Notes: a model not told the origin generated them from the sequence alone. Positions 50,120-63,699 are shown, counted from the whole stretch's first letter. The stretch is 63,975 nt of DNA, filler included, from Octopus bimaculoides (GCF_001194135.2; 6 parts of 5 records of this genome joined end to end with filler, not necessarily neighbours in it), one strand, 5' to 3'. Numbers and translations are program-made.

Positions 50120-50430
50120 AAGAATATCCCTTAAAATCTGAAATTTTAAATTGCAAGAATTTAGGGTATGAAAGCTGTAAAGGTTGTGCCTAAAATAATT
50201 GATGCATTGGGAGCTGTGAGCAATGATATAGACAAATGGCTGAAGGGGATTGGAATAGAATGTACGACAGAGATTCTGCAGAAAGTTTGCCTCTTACGGA
50301 CAGAAAAGATTATCAAGAGGGTTCTAAGCACTTGAAAGACCTCTGGAAGCTTGTGGATACCTAAGGTTACAGGTAGTAACCCTCACATAAATTCTACCTG
50401 GAATATGAACGAATCTCAGTCAAATTAACG
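50120..50430 (+). mobile_element. R4/Dong-like 3' end (another subfamily)
   Basis: IIDALGAVSNDIDKWLKGIGIECTTEILQKVCLLRTEKIIKRVLST* plus UTR. Confidence 0.75.
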
Positions 50431-50659
50431 GTGGTGATAATAATGCCCAGTTGCAGTATCAGGCACTGGCTCTCAAGGCTTCTGATCTTAACTGATTGGA
50501 AGTGTCATCTAACTGGGACCCACCTGCAAGGTCATGCGCTGTTTATCTTGATATGCGATCACCGTGTCGCGCACATATGGTTGCGATGCATGTGCCTGAT
50601 GTACCCTTATCAGACGAGTAGTCATGATGGGTATACTGGGCTTTGTGTAATTCTACCCC

Positions 50660-50956
50660 AGTGGAATCTAAAAACAGAAACAATTCCTATTATAGCAGGC
50701 ACCTTAGGTATGATAAAAAAAAATATTCAGACAAATACATAACAAAAACACCAGGACTTACAAATATATATAACATACAGAAAATTGCACTACTGGGCAC
50801 TACACACATCCTACGCAAAACACTTTCAATACAGTAACCATAAGAGCATCACAGTAAACCACAGCACATACCCAAGGCACACAGAGCTGCGCTCAGCAGT
50901 GAAGTGAAAGCACGTTATAAAAATAAAACTACTGAATAATAACGATAATAATGATA

Positions 50957-51038
<82 letters not shown>
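50660..51038 (+). mobile_element. R4/Dong-like 3' end with (TAA)n tail
   Basis: ETIPIIAGTLGMIKK..KYITKTPGLTNIYNIQKIALLGTTHILRKTLSIQ*; UTR; (AAT)n ~50935-51038. Confidence 0.85.
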
Positions 51039-51039
<1 letters not shown>

Positions 51040-51524
51040 TGTTATTTATTATATTCTACTTAATAATGTGTCTTCATTGTTTTCTTGATCTCACTCTTTT
51101 ACTTATTGTAAACCTTGTTTGGTACTTTTATATTCTTCTAAGTATTATGGGCCTTAGGTGTCAAAAGAAGAAATCGTTGTAAACTCCCACACGAATTGTA
51201 AATTGTCCCTGTATTGTCTTCCTTATTTGATGCCCTTGTAGAAAATCAGAGTAACCATTTTTATATAATTACCGTAGTTAGTGCAGCTACTGTTGCTCCT
51301 GTTATACTTTTATTTACTGGTTTGTATCAAATGTTATTCTTCCAAAATATCTCAACAGATGTCTTTTTTACTCCTCTGACGAGATTTTGCCCATTAAAAT
51401 GTTTTAATTTGTGGAATTTAATTCTTTTGGGGCAAAATCGAAACAGCTGTAAGTGAACATGTTGAATTTTTGCAGTTAATATAAGATATATTAATACTAC
51501 TTCTCCATTGTCTGGATTTTAATT

Positions 51525-51555
<31 letters not shown>

Positions 51556-53160
51556 ATAAGAGTGAAAAAACTACAGAAGGCTTGTGTTACATGGTTAAAG
51601 TATATATTCAAATTATGTCAGAAAAATGTTATAAAATCTTTTTTGTATATAAACATTGTATTTTGAGAAATAACCGGTTTCGTGTTGTCTTTTNNNNNNN
51701 NNNNNNNNNNNNNNNNNNNNNNNNNNNNNNNNNNNNNTTAATTAATTAANNNNNNNNNNNNNNNNNNNNNNNNNNNNNNNNNNNNNNNNNNNNATATATA
51801 TATATATACATACACATACATATATAAACATACAATGAGCAATGGCAAAAAGATTATTGAGTGAAGTTTAGAAACTAGTTGATCGAGTGAGCGCAATCAG
51901 TACGCAATAAAGGTGTCGTGAGGAAGATCTCCAAAATGGCGGACATTTCTCTCCTGCTGACTTCATAACCTTGCTAACGTCCCGTCAAATTCACTGTCAA
52001 ATGTCGGTCCACTGTCAAATTTTGGTTCGCTAGCTACAATAGCTGGTTAAATTTGCTAGTGTTTCTGTGCTGTGGAAACGAACTCGAAACGACATCGTTA
52101 CAAAGTGGCGTTCATAACCACTCAGTTAAGCCGTAACTGTATGTCTGTATGTATGTATGTATGTATGTATGTATGTGTATATGTATATGTATATATAAAT
52201 AAATATATACATATATATGTATATATGTATGTATATATTTATTTATATACACATATATACGTATATATATGTATGTATATATGCATGTATGTATGCATGT
52301 ATGTATTTATGTATGCATGTATATACACATACATACATACATACATACATACATACATGCATACATATATATATATATATATATATATANNNNNNNNNNN
52401 NNNNNNNNNNNNNNNNNNNNNNNNNNNNNNNNNNNNNNNNNNNNNNNNNNNNNNNNNNNNNNNNNNNNNNNNNNNNNNNNNNNNNNNNNNNNNNNNNNNN
52501 NNNNNNNNNNNNNNNNNNNNNNNNNNNNNNNNNNNNNNNNNNNNNNNNNNNNNNNNNNNNNNNNNNNNNNNNNNNNNNNNNNNNNNNNNNNNNNNNNNNN
52601 NNNNNNNNNNTATGTATGTATATATTTATTTATATACACATATATACGTATATATATGTATGTATGTATATGTGTATACATTGGTCTTATCCTTTACTTC
52701 ATCCAAGTCATACCAATCAGTGTCTATTATGTTTTAACCATTTATTTGCTATGTAGTATTTTAACTTGATACATCATTCCTTTGCAGTAGTAATATCCCT
52801 CACAGCGATCATTTATGTCGGCCATTTTGTCTCTCATTATCTTCTCGATGTTTCTACTTTCTAATGAAATTGATTTATGATATAACGACCAAATCGACTC
52901 TGCATGCAGCAGTTCATTATACACTTATATGTATATATGCATGTATGTATGTATGTATGTATGTATGTATGTATGTATGTATGAGTGATGCAGATAGAGT
53001 AAGAGATAGTCAGACTAACAAATAAATAAGTAGAGATACAGACAGACACATAGATAAGTAAATAAATGGACAGGCAGACAGAAAGATATATATATATATA
53101 TATATATTTGAATGTATGAATGTATATAGATAGATAGAGAGAGAGATAATTGTCACTAAA

Positions 53161-53816
53161 TGCAACTAGGGTGTTAAAAAACACCTACATTGCTAGAAAT
53201 AATAGCTAAAATTCCCTAATATTGTAGTTAAAGCGCATGAATAAAAACATATACACTAACATAATTGTCCGAAAAATACCGACCGAGAATTGTTAAGACT
53301 GACGCGTCAGTTTCGGCAATTTCCGTTGACTTCATCAGTTAAGCCAGCTCGGTGTTCGGCTACTTCCAAACATTTTTCTCTGTTAGCATATATGATTTCG
53401 TCATTCAAATTAATGGACGATGTGTGATTCGCTAATGTCTATATGCAAAATTAATATAAACATCAAATTGCAGTGTTTCACCAAAAATGAGAAACGTACC
53501 GACCGGACAATTATGGTCCCTGCTAGTGTATATGTTTTAATTCATGTGTGTTAACTACAGCATTAGAGCATTGTAGCTGTCATTTCTAGTTAGGTACAAG
53601 ATTGTTAACACCCTAATCACATTTAGTGACAATTATAATTCTCCTTTTTGGTGAAACATTGTAGGCTGCTATTTACATTATTTTTGTGTGTACACATTAG
53701 CAAATCGCTAAATCATCCATTTATTTGGATGACTAAAACTTACATGTTAATAGAGAAGCAGGTGTGGAAATAGTTGAACACCGAACTGGTTTAACTGATG
53801 ATGGCAACGGAAATTG
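53161..53816. mobile_element. HHR-bearing repeat present as nested inverted partial copies
   Basis: 53161-53271 is inverted relative to ~53505-53620, and ~53315-53390 is inverted relative to ~53742-53816. Confidence 0.75.
53293..53342 (-). ncRNA. Type I hammerhead ribozyme with intact catalytic core
   Basis: Minus strand TTAA-CTGATGA-a-GtCAA-cggaaa-TTGCC-GAAA-C-TGACGCGTCA-G-T-C-TTAA: GUC triplet, palindromic stem III, one mismatch in stem II. Confidence 0.8.
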
Positions 53817-54279
53817 AAGAGGGTGGTTGCTGGAAGACTCTATGTCTGTCAACAAGACTCTTCCCCATGCTACATAAGCAGGAGAACCCAGTCATGGCTG
53901 TCAGACTATTTCTGCGACCACATCACCCCTAACATCTGGCCACCTAACTCACCAGACAGCAACCCCCTTAATTGTTATGCGTGGAGCGCAGTTGAGCGAG
54001 AGATCAACAAAATTCTTTGTAACACCAAAGATGACCTGAAGGCAAGGATTATGGCAGCGTTCACCAACTTAAACAAAGAGACCGTCCAGAAGAGTTGCAG
54101 GAGAATCCGAAGTCAACCATGGTTGAAGCCAATGTCGATTTTATTGAATAAATTTACTCTTTAATATTTCAAGATATTTTTATGTAATTTTGGGAGATAT
54201 ATCTGTTAAAATCAGATGTCAATATTATTTTCATTTTTTTTTTGCGTAATTTAGATGACATTTTATTCACCGTACCCAG
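53817..54279 (+). mobile_element. Tc1/mariner DD37D (maT-like) 3' fragment with TIR
   Basis: QQDSSP...WPPNSPDSNPLN: 37 residues between D and the final (D>N) position; ends TTTATTCACCGTACCCAG|TA. Confidence 0.85.
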
Positions 54280-55689
54280 TAAGTACGCATAGAGAAGTAT
54301 AGTTATGTATCTATATATCACCTTCTCTCTGTCTCTCTATAAATTTATATATATATATATATGTATATATATGTATATATTAGCAACATTTCTTAGTGGA
54401 AGGCTCCATACCTGCAATGATATCGATTGAAACCAATGGTAGCATTAAAAATCCACATTATATATATACATCCTGATGTGTGCGTGTGTGCGTGTGTGTG
54501 TATTTCTATGGGTGTGTTTGTGCATATATGTATGAATATATGTATCAGACCCAAGAGGTAGCAGAAAGAATACTGAATATACGCTTTGGGTCATTATAGT
54601 GACATGTAGAGAAACATTGAGTCACTCTGTCCCAGCTCAAGACTTCTTGCTCGATGAGATTTTTCAGGTAAGAACAGAAACAGATAAAATATGGTGATGT
54701 ATCGCTGATCATTAGATGTTCCCCAACGGCCAACGAACCACAGTGATGAGATGCTGGCTCTTCATCTTGTACAATAAGGAGTAATCGTGTATTCTCTGTC
54801 TTTCAGGTGAGACTATATTAGTCCTTACAAAGCATGTTCGCGACCGATGCAAGATTACACAAGATGGGAAATGTTAATTTTGATAGAACAGAGTTTTCAC
54901 GTGTTCTGCTTCCAACTATTTTGATCAGTTTTTTTTTTCTTAGAAGAAATGTGGTAATGGTTTTGTGCTTCTTTTTGGGATAATGTAACTGCCATTACAA
55001 CGTTGTATTTACAAGCATTTAGTGTGTCGAACTAATGTGCAAATTTCGTTCCAGCTCTTCCGTTTTTTCACCTTAATGTCAGTCGACATCATATAACCCT
55101 TAAACCTTCCGAGGTCGATAAAATAATGTTACGGTTAAGTACTTGGTTCGATTTAATTAGCTGCTGCTCGTGCGTTTATGCAATTGGCACGCATGATGTT
55201 ATACTACCCAAACCGTTCAAATTTACTCCTGAATATTTATAACTTTGGGTGACCATTTTGCATTGGACCTACCAAAATTGAAACAAGGTCGAACCACAAT
55301 TGAACGCCTTGTTTTATAAACCTTATTGCAGGCGGCAATGTAGTAGCTATGATACTTTGCAGAGCCGTCGTGTCTTGTAACAATTAAGGAGGAAAGTATT
55401 CTCAAAACAGAGACCTGCTCAGATGCTTGTAAAAGAAGGTACCCTTCTAGACGCACCCAGCGTGTTAGGTGAGACTATAGCTTAAAGGCAAATGTCCATT
55501 AACCAAGTATATATACAACAGCGTTTTGAAGTATCCAAAAAGATTAGGGAACCGTGGTTGGATAGTCAAACACAAAAGTTAAGGGGTGATAAGGGTAGAG
55601 TTTTATCTGGCAGTGGTAGGGATATAACAGATGTAAATGACTGAGTTTGTCATAAAGAACTGGTACATCTCGGCAATGCTTCGTTTACG

Positions 55690-56118
55690 TCATCCTCATC
55701 ATCATTGTAAACGTCGTCGTCGTCATCTTCATCCTTATTACCAGCAGCAACAGCAGCAACAGCAGCAGTGTTAGCGCCACCATTAATCTTGTCACAATTT
55801 TCAGCAATCATTGCCATCGTCGTCTTCATTATCATTATCATTATCATCTTCATTTGCAGCAGCAAGAGTTGCATCAGTTGCAACATTTTCATTAATCACT
55901 ATGACGATGATGATGATATTGATGATGATGATGATGATCATCATCATCATCGTCATCATCCCCGTCATCGTATTCGTCGTCATCATATGTCCTCAGCATC
56001 AGCAACAACAACAACAACAAGAACAACAGAAACAACAAAATGAACATCACCACGCGAATATCAGCAAGGTAATAATGATTATCATTAACACTATTACCAC
56101 CAACACCACCACCATCAT

Positions 56119-56159
<41 letters not shown>

Positions 56160-56390
56160 TTGTCACTAAATCATTCACAATTTAATTTAAAGTGAGCAAC
56201 TTAGAATTTGAAAATTAATTTCAACATTACAGTATGGTATAAGCATAGTGTGGAGACACTAGTGGGGGCTGACGGACTAAATAAACAACAACAGCAACAA
56301 CAACAATAACAATACAAGCTATTACTTCTACAACAGCTGCAGCTGCCACTGCTGCTGCTGCTGCTGCTGCTGCAATAATGCTTATCGGTG
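55690..56390. repeat. Trinucleotide microsatellite mosaic (CAT/GAT/CAG/CAA)
   Basis: Directly visible. Confidence 0.9.
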
Positions 56391-56713
56391 ATCTGCAATG
56401 GAACTGACTCTTAACTAGCACTGATTGGTGATATCGTGGCAGTCATTTTCATTGATGTTGTTGCTGCTGTTGATGGCGTTTTGCTTCTGCTTCAAATGTA
56501 ACAGCTGTGGTCATTGGTGTTATATCTTGCTTATCAATGATCTATTAGATGAAGGAGATTGTGTTGGAACAAGCTGTAGGTTGAAAGCTAGTGTTTAATC
56601 TAGAATGATAGAGAATGGTAAACCAAAAGCGTAAGTGTAAAGAGTAAAACAAGAATGAAAGATTTTAAAAAATGAAGGTAAAAGTAAAGCGATCGACTAC
56701 AGAAGCTACAGAA

Positions 56714-56954
56714 TTTTCAAGGATATTGCATTTTAATGAAGGTATTGTGAATTCTTCTACTCTTGAGCTTTCGGATGCAGTGAGACAGAGACGTTGCTTG
56801 GATTTTGTGATTGGGTATAAAGGAATGCGCGCACTGTACATAACAACTACATAAGGTATAGGATTTTTAAGGATACTACATTCTCATGGAAGTGTTGTGA
56901 ATTCTACTCTTGAATTTCCAGGTGCAGTGAAGCAGAGACGTTGCTTGGGTTTTG
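56714..56954. repeat. ~150-bp-period direct duplication (56714-56807 / 56865-56954)
   Basis: ttttcaaggata...gtgaattct.ctactcttga...tgcagtga..cagagacgttgcttgg.ttttg occurs twice. Confidence 0.85.
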
Positions 56955-56957
56955 CCA

Positions 56958-57202
56958 GCTAACTTTTCTGCCAGCTCACTGCCTTCCGGTTTCAAATTTT
57001 GACGCAAGGCCAGCAATTTCGGGGGGGAGGGATAAGTCGATTACATTGACCCCAGTGCTGAACTGGTACTTATTTTATTGACTCCCCAACGGAGGGAAAG
57101 TAAAGTCGACCACGGCGGAATTTGAACTCACAACGTAAAAACGGACGAAAGGTTGCAAAGCAGTTTGCCCTGTGCACTAACCATTCTGCTAGCTCCCCGC
57201 CT
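56958..57202 (-). mobile_element. SINE family C, minus orientation, plus an adjacent head fragment
   Basis: Reverse complement of the family C pattern. Confidence 0.88.
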
Positions 57203-57236
57203 GAGGAGCGATAATAACAATATTAATGAACCCCAA

Positions 57237-57312
<76 letters not shown>

Positions 57313-60300
57313 GTGTTTGCGAGCGTGTACTGTTAATGGAATTCGTTGGACGATACAACTCAAGATTTTTTGTCAATACCTGTAAATGCTAGAACGCAGA
57401 ACATTTAAAGAAACAGTGTGACATTCAACGAGGATGGCCAATTTGTCATGAGCAATGACAGCCACCTCGACTTTCTGTACTGATCGCTGTGTCTTGATCC
57501 TCTTGGGTATTGGAGGAGACGTGCGGTACCCTTCCACGGACTAAGCTTTCGTTCTCGGATCATAAATCTACGCCTACGTAGATAGAGGTATCTACTGCAA
57601 CAAAATATAGCAGGTCGCACCATTGTATATATTATATATTATAAATTTTCCTTATTTCAGATAAGCTTTATTTCGTTGTGCAACAGCAAAATTCGAAAAT
57701 TATTGCTGCGTGATTTAATTGTTGGCAACACGAAGAGACCGTTGTTGTATACAAAGAAGAAAAGTTTGTTTATAAATTCGGATGTTTTTCTTGAATTTCT
57801 ATTAGCCAAGGAATATGAAATGCTAACTATTTGGTTATCGTTTACCACATGGCAAGTGGGATACGTAAAGAGATATTTTAACGATATATAAATATAATTA
57901 ATATTTAATTTATTTTCTTCACTGCTTATTTCATTAAACGCTGTGTGTAAATAATTATATAATGATAATAGATGCTGAGTAGAAGTGAATGGCGATGGGG
58001 CTGAACCCGTTTATGTAAGGGTGTTTCAAGGAGAAGAAGGCGGTGGTGCATAATAATAATTGTATTAATAATAATAATAATAATAATAATAACAATAATA
58101 ATAATAGTAACTATGATTATTATTATTATTACCATTTTATTATTATTGTTCTTCTTACTATTATTATTATTATTAATGCTATAATTATTGTTATGTGAAA
58201 TTCTATAATTCGCGGAGAAAATCTGCGAAAGCATTTGTTTATTTAGAGAAGAGAAGTGAGTACTTATTATATGTTGATTTAATGGGTTTTATCCGTGGGG
58301 TTTCTTCAAAGAGAAATTCGAAAGAAAAAAAAAAAGAAAAAATATTTGAAATCGCTATCACACTTAGTCGCGTAAACAAAGAGATGTGGGTTCGAATTCC
58401 ACGCGTAAAGGAAAACCTACGTTTTTTTCTGCCGAGGGCTTATATGCCCCATTATCAGATTACATTCTCTAGACATTGCATGGTAATCGCTATAAGGTGT
58501 AAGCTTATAAAATACTATTGTATATATATATATATGTATATATNNNNNNNNNNNNNNNNNNNNNNNNNNNNNNNNNNNNNNNNNNNNTTAATTAATTAAN
58601 NNNNNNNNNNNNNNNNNNNNNNNNNNNNNNNNNNNNNNNNNNNAAGGAAGTTAATCTCTTCTATTACTATCAAATGTTTCTGTGGTTCTGGTAAAACTGT
58701 AATTCATGAGCGAGAAAGAAATTCTAGTGTAGGATTTTTTTTTAAATTAGAAAATTTTCTATTGAAGGTTGCCGAGAGAAATTTAATTCTGCTATACCTT
58801 ATTGTATTCCCTATATCATAGCAACAGTGTTTGCACTTTAAAGAATGTATTAAATATATTTCCACTGAACTTACGAAAATTATGGAACAATTTTGAAGTT
58901 AATGTCAAGACATATGACAAACAAAATCATGGGTAACTCGTGATTAGTTAATTGTATTCATAGGCGAAAGAAGCGCTTTCACAGGACCTTTGTGAGGTTT
59001 AGATATAATATAAACGTAGTTAATATCTGAGTAACGAATGTAAATAAAGGTTCAAGAAAACCTTGAGAACAACTCAAAACGGAACAGATGAAATGCATGT
59101 GTGTAAATATTCAATGTTGTGAAAGAACATACTGGTCAAGGAATCAATTCAAAACTTACATTTCAGCTGATGGCTTCTCCTTGGGACGAACACATTTCAA
59201 ACGCCTCTGGAAATCCGAACTCCGGTATACTACCGTGACTGAATGAGTGGTATCAATAGGTCTCTGCCATGCTATGCGCTCGCTTGGTGTTTGGGGAATT
59301 TGACACACGGATGTTCTTGGCAATTTCATTCGTAACGAGAAATTTTTTAATAGCCTTCCGAGCAATCGTAGACTTTTTCGCTATGGAAACCATATCTAGA
59401 GCCGCTGTTACAAGGAAGCTCAATTAAAAAAGGAAACTATTTCCCTTGAAAGGGATATACGTAGAGTGTTGTATTGTAATATAGTATATGAGCTTATATA
59501 TGTGGGTAAGACAATTGTTTATAATAAAATAAGAATGTGTCTTCAGAAAAAGACTTTCAAAAAACTCCTACTTTACATTGATTTACTATTTTAGCTGGTC
59601 TTCCATTCTGTTCTTTTATGTTTTAAATTGTTGATTATATATGGTTCTTAATAGGAATAATTTGAGAATTCTGAAAATGAAGTACAATAAAGTATATAAA
59701 TGTGTGTATAATTATATATCTCTTATGATACTAAAGTGAATGAATTTTTTAATTGTATTGTTGTGCAATTTATATAACTATTATTAAATACATATTCGTA
59801 AATTTTAGCATAATATTTAGAGAATATAATGGTATTTAATGAATAATGATTATATATGCAAAAAAGATACAACATATATATATGTATAAGTGCATACATA
59901 CATATAGATGTATAGTGTGTCTTTGCATGTGCATGTGCAGATACGTAGGTGGCTTGTGTGCGTGTGTGTGTGTGTTTGTGTGTGTGTACAATATATAACC
60001 TATAAAACTAAGATCGAGTAATATACGAACACTGTCTTAAGAGGAAGGAAAGGTCGTAATGTTATCATCAGCCGTGTTAGCAGTATAGGTATCAGATAAA
60101 CACACGCCTCTGTCAAATGCAAGAATCAAATTCGAGCCAGACAAATAATTCTCTCGTGTTATTGTTTGTAAGTTTAAAATTTATTAGGCTTAGTTTTTAG
60201 ACTGAATACTTGCTCTTAACTATATAAAATAAACTGTCTTGAACTTTTTGTTCTTTCTGTTTATACAAAGAACAGTTGCCTCGAATTATAATAATAGAGA

Positions 60301-60679
60301 CTTAAATTTATTTTGCTCATTTCCATTTCTTTCTTTCATTTATCATTTTTCCCAGTTACGTTTTCTTGCCAGCTTGGTTGCTACGTTAAATCCGATTTTA
60401 TCTTGATTAGCGAAGGATCGTGGTTTTATTTTATTATTTACTTATTTTCTGTTTATCAGTTAACACTCTTTAATCCAATTCGTGCTTACAGTTGTATTAT
60501 TAATGTTCAACTGAAGTTCAAACGAATTTCCGGTTGGTGTAAGGGTTCACTTCCTTCTCAAACTACGTATATACCTGGCAGTATGCAACTGAACCAGCCT
60601 CCAGAAAACACCATTACAAAAGAAATTGCATGTGTATATATACACGCATACAATCTTTCTATATCTTTGAAATATATTC

Positions 60680-60711
<32 letters not shown>

Positions 60712-60721
60712 NNNNNNNNNN

Positions 60722-60756
<35 letters not shown>

Positions 60757-61555
60757 CGGATATAAAAGATATCGATAAAATAGAAATAGATAACTTAGAT
60801 AAGTATATCTATCAGTGATAATCCTAGTTACAAAATGTAATTGTTATATCTCAATATAATGACTTTAAACAGTAGAATTAATAAATATATTTGTTTCCTT
60901 GTGAGATGAAAAATTGCTTCGTTCCTGTCATCCGTGAGGCTTCTAAACCTGTATGCTTATATCGATCTTTATTGATTAAAATATAGAACTAATGGCGAAG
61001 TTATTTATAAAGAAATTATATATATATANNNNNNNNNNNNNNNNNNNNNNNNNNNNNNNNNNNNNNNNNNNNNNNNNNNNNNNNNNNNNNNNNNNNNNNN
61101 NNNNNNNNNNNNNNNNNNNNNNNNNNNNNNNNNNNNNNNNNNNNNNNNNNNNNNNNNNNNNNNNNNNNNNNNNNNNNNNNNNNNNNNNNNNNNNNNNNNN
61201 NNNNNNNNNNNNNNNNNNNNNNNNNNNNNNNNNNNNNNNNNNNNNNNNNNNNNNNNNNNNNNNNNNNNNNNNNNNNNNNNNNNNNNNNNNNNNNNNNNNN
61301 NNNNNNNNNNNNNNNNNNNNNNNNNNNNNNNNNNNNNNNNNNNNNNNNNNNNNNNNNNNNNNNNNNNNNNNNNNNNNNNNNNNNNNNNNNNNNNNNNNNN
61401 NNNNNNNNNNNNNNNNNNNNNNNNNNNNNNNNNNNNNNNNNNNNNNNNNNNNNNNNNNNNNNNNNNNNNNNNNNNNNNNNNNNNNNNNNNNNNNNNNNNN
61501 NNNNNNNNNNNNNNNNNNNNNNNNNNNNNNNNNNNNNNNNNNNNNNNNNNNNNNN

Positions 61556-61632
<77 letters not shown>

Positions 61633-63469
61633 AAGAATGTAGTTGTATATGTATGTGCTTGTGTATTTATATTTGTTTATTTTTTTATCCAAAATATCTC
61701 TTCCTATTCGCTGCTGATGAGTGAGGCATCAAAGGAGAAATATGAAAGGGTGAACCAGTTGTGGTAGATAAGTTGACAAGCCGGAGGAGGAAGCGCGAAT
61801 GTATAATTGACCGAACAGTCAGAGTGGAATGCAAACGGCTGACCAACCAATACCGAAGGTTACTGTTCAGATTTGCCTCATTTTCCAAATATTCAGAAAA
61901 TATCCTCCCTCCTCAGGTTTTACCTCTCTCACAGTCACTCTCCCTCCCACCCTTTCCCGTCTTTCACTTCACCCTTTCTCCTTTACATTTGCTAGTCGAC
62001 TTTCCTTTTCTGTAGTGCCCTGCCTCTTTTGTTACTGCCCAGTGCCAAATTTTCTATGACTACAACACTTTTTCTCTCTTTTTTATGGTTCTGCCGAATA
62101 TCTCTCAGTAGCGCACGTACATATATTCTCACAACTCACTTTATTTTCTTGTTCTGACTCATTTTGCAGTTACTCCCTTTTCGTTATGCTTTGTATTCTG
62201 ATATATACAAATATTACTTGAGGCCAATATGCATAGACACATGTATTCACATGCCAAGAATTTTGCGTGACTGCATAAAAATGTGTACCGCTTAATTAGT
62301 AGATATGCATAGAGTTAGGCACACACATTGAGATACGTGTGCATTCACCATAATGTTGCAGCTGCTCATTTACTTCTCCCAACAAAAAAATCATTCCCAC
62401 TAATAGATCAACTAGTGATCAGTAATACCACTCAGGGAGAACACTTCATGGCAGCTAAACATATCAGTGTTACTTTGTGTGCGTGTGTAAGAGCAGTTTC
62501 TTTACATAGAAAAATGTGTGAGATGTATTTGGGAAGAAAATGTGCGAATGAGAAAGTAGTGAAAATTGAAGATTTCTATTGTATTGAATGTGTAGGCATA
62601 ACGTGTTTAAGAAATTATCAAGGTATGAGTATGTGAATATGAAGAGAATAAAACAGAATGTAGTAAGAGAAATACTATTCTGTCAGTTTTGATGATTTGG
62701 TTGCACTTTTTTTAATGTATTTATATATGATCGTATTTATGCGATATGTTAAAAAACGATAAGAAAACATGTATTACTATTAAAGTAATTGAAAATTTTC
62801 GTGATATATATATATATATACATATGCAATCACACACACATATATATATATATTTANNNNNNNNNNNNNNNNNNNNNNNNNNNNNNNNNNNNNNNNNNNN
62901 TTAATTAATTAANNNNNNNNNNNNNNNNNNNNNNNNNNNNNNNNNNNNNNNNNNNNCCACCACCACCACCACCACCGCCACCATCGCCACTACCACCGCT
63001 GCCACTGCCACTGCCGCAACCACCACCACCACCACCATTATGGCCAGAATCCACTGCATGAAAACCAGTAGAAGAATGAATCTTCCGCCCAGCTTTACCT
63101 GACGGATCTTGTTGTTTGGGTATCCAAGCCATCCACAGGAACTGGTGTATGCTGGGTAACCTTCTTTTAGAAGATGCACTTCTGCAAGATAATGAAGACA
63201 ATTTTGGGAATGAGGTTTGATATAGCTTTAATTATAATTAGAGATAATTAGGATCCAATGATATATTCATTATATTCAATGAATTTATTATATTCTAATT
63301 TTAGAATTGCATTGATTATTGTGTTAAATAGTTATATATGTACATATGCAGAGACGTCTCCTTCTCTCTCTCAATGTGTGTGTATGTGTGTGTGTGTTTG
63401 TGTGTGTGTGTTTGTGTATGCATGTGTGTGTGGATATAATCTGTGTCTGCCTGTCTTTCACTCTCTATC

Positions 63470-63554
63470 TATCTATGTGGATGGATAGATAAATAGATAG
63501 ATAGATAGATAGACAGATAGATATAGAGAGAAATAGATAGATAGATATAGAGAA

Positions 63555-63595
<41 letters not shown>

Positions 63596-63640
63596 CGGAT
63601 AGACAGATAGATAGAAAGATAGATAGATAGTGTGATGGAT
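63470..63640. repeat. (GATA)n microsatellite
   Basis: Directly visible. Confidence 0.95.
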
Positions 63641-63699
63641 AAATAGATATGTGTATCTTTGTATCTNNNNNNNNNNATAAATAGATATGTGTATCTTTG

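Noticed and set aside
54548-55470. Plus-strand exon candidates (54548-54668; ~55362-55468)
   Set aside because: Splice-like ends and one open frame each, but no recognisable protein; expected by chance in AT-rich DNA.
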